This document shows, piece after piece, positions 60,377 to 64,000 of a DNA stretch of 64,000 bases (its first letter is position 1; every line of letters begins with the position of its first letter). Made by a program: the position numbers and the translations under genes. Source of the DNA: a bacterium (GTDB lineage Bacteria > Zhuqueibacterota > Zhuqueibacteria > Oceanimicrobiales > Oceanimicrobiaceae); assembly GCA_037446635.1 (NCBI GenBank), contig JBBIIG010000005.1, forward strand, positions 64,880 to 128,879. Direction: 5' to 3'. The notes under the pieces were generated by a model, which saw only the letters and a list, made by a program, of their open reading frames with translations, was not told where the DNA came from and did no database searches.

Positions 60377-63300
60377 TTATTTCAACAGCGTCAGTGTGCG
60401 GGAAGCCTGCCACTCGCCGATTCGAATTTTATAAATGTACAGGCCGGACGACGCCACTTCGCCGTTTTCATTCAAGCCATCCCAGAACGCGGTGTAGCGC
60501 CCGGGATTCATCTCCCCAGAATGAAGCGTGCGTATTCTTTCACCTTTAATATTGAAAATCGTCAGAACTACGTGTGAATTTTTCGGCACCGCAAAATCGA
60601 TTTTCGTTCCCAGATTAAATGGGTTGGGATAATTCTGCGACAGCTCAAATTCTGTCGGAATCGCGCCGCCGTGTTCCGTCACCGAGGTGGGATTCGCCTG
60701 GATGGTGAAGAAGCCGTCGCTCATGTCCGAGGGCGCGCCGCCGTTGTTGGCGTTGGAGACGCGGATGCGGCCGCTTTGCGTCGGTGTGTTGGGGACGTTC
60801 CATAAATAGCTGCCGACATTCACAATGTTTGCCGCAATGACGTTCCACGAATTTCCCATATCCGAGGTGTACTCCAGTTTCACGCTTGTCACGCCGTTGG
60901 AATTCCAGAGAAGGAACACGTTCGTCCCGCCTTCGAGTATTTCCCCGCCGTTAGGCGCAACTATGGTGAGGCCGGCGCTTTGCTGGATTTTAAACACGCC
61001 GTTGCTGATATCGAAGCGGCTGCTGTTGTTGACGTCGGAGATGCGCACCAGCGCGCTGTCCGTCTGCACATTGGGAACTGGCCAGGCGAAATTGCTGTTG
61101 TTGGGCGCGGCGGCGGCGATGGTTGTCCAACTCCTGCCGTTGTTGATGGAATATTCTAACTTGACCGCGGTGATCACCCCCGTTGAATTCCAGAGAATGG
61201 AGCGGGTGGAGCCGGCGCTCCAGATTTCGCCGCCATTGGGAGATGTGAGCGTTAAGCTTGAGGCGACAATGGTGAAGACGCCGTCGCTGACATCCGCGGG
61301 CGAGCCGTCGCTGGCGTCGGAAATTCTCACCAGCGCCGTGGTGGTATTAAAATCAGGAACAACCCACGAATAGCTGCCGTTGTTGGGAATGCTGTTGGCG
61401 ATGGTGGTCCAACTCGCGCCATTGTTCAACGAATATTCCAACTTGACCGCGGCGATGGAACCGTTGGAATTCCAGATGATGTTGCGGGTAGCGCCGCCGA
61501 TCCAGCTTTCGCCGCCGTTGGGAGATGTGAGGGTTAAAACTTGCGAAGGGAGAATCGAAAACACGCCGTCGCTGACGTCGAACACAGCAGGGTTATTGAA
61601 ATCAGAAATTCGCACCAGCGCCTGGTTGGTTTCGACTTCCGGAATCGTCCAGCCAAAAACGCCGTCGTTGGGGGTGATGTCTTTGACGAGATTCCAACTG
61701 CCGCCGTTGTTCAACGAGTACTCCAATTTCACGTCGATAATCGTGGGCGGCGCCACCCAGCGAATTTCTTGCTCGGCGCCGGCGCTCCAAATTTCTCCGC
61801 CATTCGGAAGATTAACTTTCAACTCCGGGTTCGCGGTGATGATGAAGACGCCGTTGCTGACATCAAAAATGGCGCTGTTGCTGGCGTCGGAAATTCTTAC
61901 GCGAGCGGAGGCGCTTTCTACTTGGGGAAGATTCCAGGTGTAACTCCCGTCGTTATTCGTGCTGGCGGTGATGGTCGCCCAACTGCCGCCATCATTTAAT
62001 GAGTACTCCAATTTCACATTGACGATGACGCCGGTGGAACTCCAGTCGATTTGGTGAAAAGCGCCGGCGCGCCAGGTCTCGCCGCCGTTGGGTTTCATCA
62101 GGGTGAGGCTGGCCGGCGCTTGAATGGTGAACACCCCGTCGCTGACATCGGAGGGGTGGCCGTCGCTGGCGTCGGAGATGCGCACGAGCACGGTAGTAGA
62201 GTTGACGGATGGCACGTTCCAGTTGTAGCTGCCGTTGTTGCTGGCGGCGCCGACAATCGTCGTCCAGCTCACGCCGCCGTTCAACGAATATTCTAATTTG
62301 ATGGCGGTCACTTCGCCGGTGGAATTCCAACTGATAATTTGATTGCTGCCCGCCATCCACACCTCGCCGCCGTTCGGAGCCAGCAGCGCCAGGGTTTGCG
62401 AAATGATACTGAACGTGGAATTGCTCACGTCCGCAGGAACGCCATCGCTGGCGTCGGAGATGCGCACCAGCGCGGTGGTGGTGTTGACTTCCGGCAGCGT
62501 CCACTGGAACGCGCCGTCGTTTTCCGTGCTGTTAATTATGGGCGACCAGCTTTGGCCGTTGTTAAGCGAGTACTCCAGTTTGATGGTAGAAATAGCACCG
62601 CTGGAACTCCAGGTAATTGGCTGCTGACTGCCGCCGTTCCAGCTTTCGCCGCCGTTGGGAGAAAGCAGGGTGAGGCTCGATGCGGTGATGGTGAAGGCCG
62701 CGTTGCTGGCATCGAAAATAGCGGTGTTGTCGGCTTTTGAAACGCGTACCAGGGCGGACGATGTCGGCACATCCGGCACGTTCCAGGTGAAGCTGCCGGA
62801 GTTGGCGGCGCTGGCCGTGATGGTGGTCCAGTTGGCGCCGCCGTCGAGAGAATATTCCAGCTTAACGTTGTCGATGGTTCCGGTTGAATTCCATTGCAGG
62901 GTAAAGCTGGCGCCGCCGGCGAGATTTTCACCGCCGTTGGGGGCAAGCAGGGTGAGGGTGGGCAAGATGACGCTTTTTTGAAGCTCGTACCAAACAACGC
63001 CGGTATTGGTGGCGGCGGCAATGTCGTTGTCGCCGTCGCGGTCAAAGTCGCCGACGGCCACGCTGCGCGGCCCCTTCACCAGCGAGTCCACCACAAATTC
63101 CGTGAACTGCTGATTGCCGTCGTTTAACCAGGCGTACACGTAGCCGTTGGAATTGGGGTTGAATTTCGGATAAAGAGCCGCCACCACGTCTTTGTCGCCG
63201 TCGCCGTCGAGATCGCCGGCTGCCACCGACCAGATCTCTGTGGTGTCCGGCGAGGGGGAGATGCCAGCGGCAAACTCGTTGTCAATCACGATCGCCGCGG

Positions 63301-64000
63301 TAAAATTGCCGTCGCCCTTGTTGCGGAACCATTCGATGCCGCGGGTGATGCGGTTGGAGCGCACCACGTCAATTTTGCCGTCGCTGTTTAAATCAACTGG
63401 GAAAATGCTCCAGGCGCCGATGTTATCGAACGTGCGCTTGGTGAACGTGCCGTTGCCGTTGTTGGTCCAGTAAAGCGTTTTGTTGGAGCCGCTGGCGACG
63501 ATGTCCATCCGGCCGTTGTTATTCAAATCAGCGGCCCAAACGGAGTGGACGTTTTTGAAGGAGGCGTCGAGGACGCGGCGGACAAAAACCGTATCCTGGT
63601 TTTCCACCCAAACCAACTCGTTGCTTTCCCAGCCGCCTACCAGAAAATCGCCGTCGCCGTCGCTATCCAGATCGGTAACAAAAAAGCTTTCCGGATCCAG
63701 GCTGAGGTTGTCGGCCACGTGTTTGATATACCCGCTGTTGGTTTTTTCCCACCAGGCCACCACGTCCAGCGCCGTGGATGAGGCGGCGATATCCACGTCG
63801 CCGTCACCGTCGATATCGAACGCGGAGACGGTCCACACTCCGAAGAAATCGCCGTCCACGCCGTTCATGGTGAAGCTCTTATTGTCATTGTTGCGATACC
63901 AGCGCACACCCTTTGACCCCGAGCCGGCTACCAAATCAAGGCGGTTGTCTTTGTTGATATCGTAAGTATAGACCCAGTACCCGCCGGTGAAACCGGTATC
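60377..64000 (-). CDS. Large T9SS cargo protein: FG-GAP/VCBS repeats, eight PNGGE Ig-like repeats and C-terminal sorting domain; 5'-partial
   Basis: The frame stays open to the window end (DTGFTGGYWVYTYDINKDNRLDLVAG...). DxDGDGDxD repeats; eight L....PNGGE...W......VKLEYS..G.SW units; LSQNYPNPFN...WDG......SSGLYIY tail. Confidence 0.9.
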   Translation of the reverse strand, partial: DTGFTGGYWVYTYDINKDNRLDLVAGSGSKGVRWYRNNDNKSFTMNGVDGDFFGVWTVSAFDIDGDGDVDIAASSTALDVVAWWEKTNSGYIKHVADNLSLDPESFFVTDLDSDGDGDFLVGGWESNELVWVENQDTVFVRRVLDASFKNVHSVWAADLNNNGRMDIVASGSNKTLYWTNNGNGTFTKRTFDNIGAWSIFPVDLNSDGKIDVVRSNRITRGIEWFRNKGDGNFTAAIVIDNEFAAGISPSPDTTEIWSVAAGDLDGDGDKDVVAALYPKFNPNSNGYVYAWLNDGNQQFTEFVVDSLVKGPRSVAVGDFDRDGDNDIAAATNTGVVWYELQKSVILPTLTLLAPNGGENLAGGASFTLQWNSTGTIDNVKLEYSLDGGANWTTITASAANSGSFTWNVPDVPTSSALVRVSKADNTAIFDASNAAFTITASSLTLLSPNGGESWNGGSQQPITWSSSGAISTIKLEYSLNNGQSWSPIINSTENDGAFQWTLPEVNTTTALVRISDASDGVPADVSNSTFSIISQTLALLAPNGGEVWMAGSNQIISWNSTGEVTAIKLEYSLNGGVSWTTIVGAASNNGSYNWNVPSVNSTTVLVRISDASDGHPSDVSDGVFTIQAPASLTLMKPNGGETWRAGAFHQIDWSSTGVIVNVKLEYSLNDGGSWATITASTNNDGSYTWNLPQVESASARVRISDASNSAIFDVSNGVFIITANPELKVNLPNGGEIWSAGAEQEIRWVAPPTIIDVKLEYSLNNGGSWNLVKDITPNDGVFGWTIPEVETNQALVRISDFNNPAVFDVSDGVFSILPSQVLTLTSPNGGESWIGGATRNIIWNSNGSIAAVKLEYSLNNGASWTTIANSIPNNGSYSWVVPDFNTTTALVRISDASDGSPADVSDGVFTIVASSLTLTSPNGGEIWSAGSTRSILWNSTGVITAVKLEYSINNGRSWTTIAAAAPNNSNFAWPVPNVQTDSALVRISDVNNSSRFDISNGVFKIQQSAGLTIVAPNGGEILEGGTNVFLLWNSNGVTSVKLEYTSDMGNSWNVIAANIVNVGSYLWNVPNTPTQSGRIRVSNANNGGAPSDMSDGFFTIQANPTSVTEHGGAIPTEFELSQNYPNPFNLGTKIDFAVPKNSHVVLTIFNIKGERIRTLHSGEMNPGRYTAFWDGLNENGEVASSGLYIYKIRIGEWQASRTLTLLK

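Overview
A 64 kb, mostly GC-rich chromosomal window from a diderm bacterium. PorV and T9SS C-terminal sorting domains, the Gld-type ABC transporter and DUF5683/DUF2851 genes suggest the FCB superphylum, possibly KSB1/Calditrichota-like (inference only). Housekeeping genes include carA, cutA, tonB-exbB-exbD, rpmB, a dcw cluster, accB/accC, gcvH, rpiA, pdxB and tRNA-Phe. Accessory genes include a partial DNA methyltransferase, a DUF433/DUF5615 toxin-antitoxin pair, glycosyltransferases, a VWA protein, a Ser/Thr kinase-TPR protein, a GAF sigma54 activator, GH39 and T9SS cargo proteins. Six observations stand out. (1) A three-gene minus-strand unit beside tRNA-Phe encodes a small exported Pro-rich peptide, a roughly 10-TM membrane protein and a degenerate NtrC-like regulator; its predicted transcript 5' end is a perfect 14-nt complement of the sequence just before the membrane gene start codon. 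This is a candidate peptide-signalling system with RNA-level control. (2) The dcw cluster cleanly lacks murE, murD and murC/murB. (3) The TA pair is bracketed by a duplicated, synonymously diverged 5' end of the downstream gene. (4) Many tiny palindromic repeats occur, some nested in one another and some in frame inside carA, pdxB and the kinase. (5) A structured leader or sRNA candidate precedes porV. (6) Several proteins look like pseudoenzymes. No CRISPR array, integrase, transposase or rRNA was seen. All family calls come from motif recognition by eye, not database searches.
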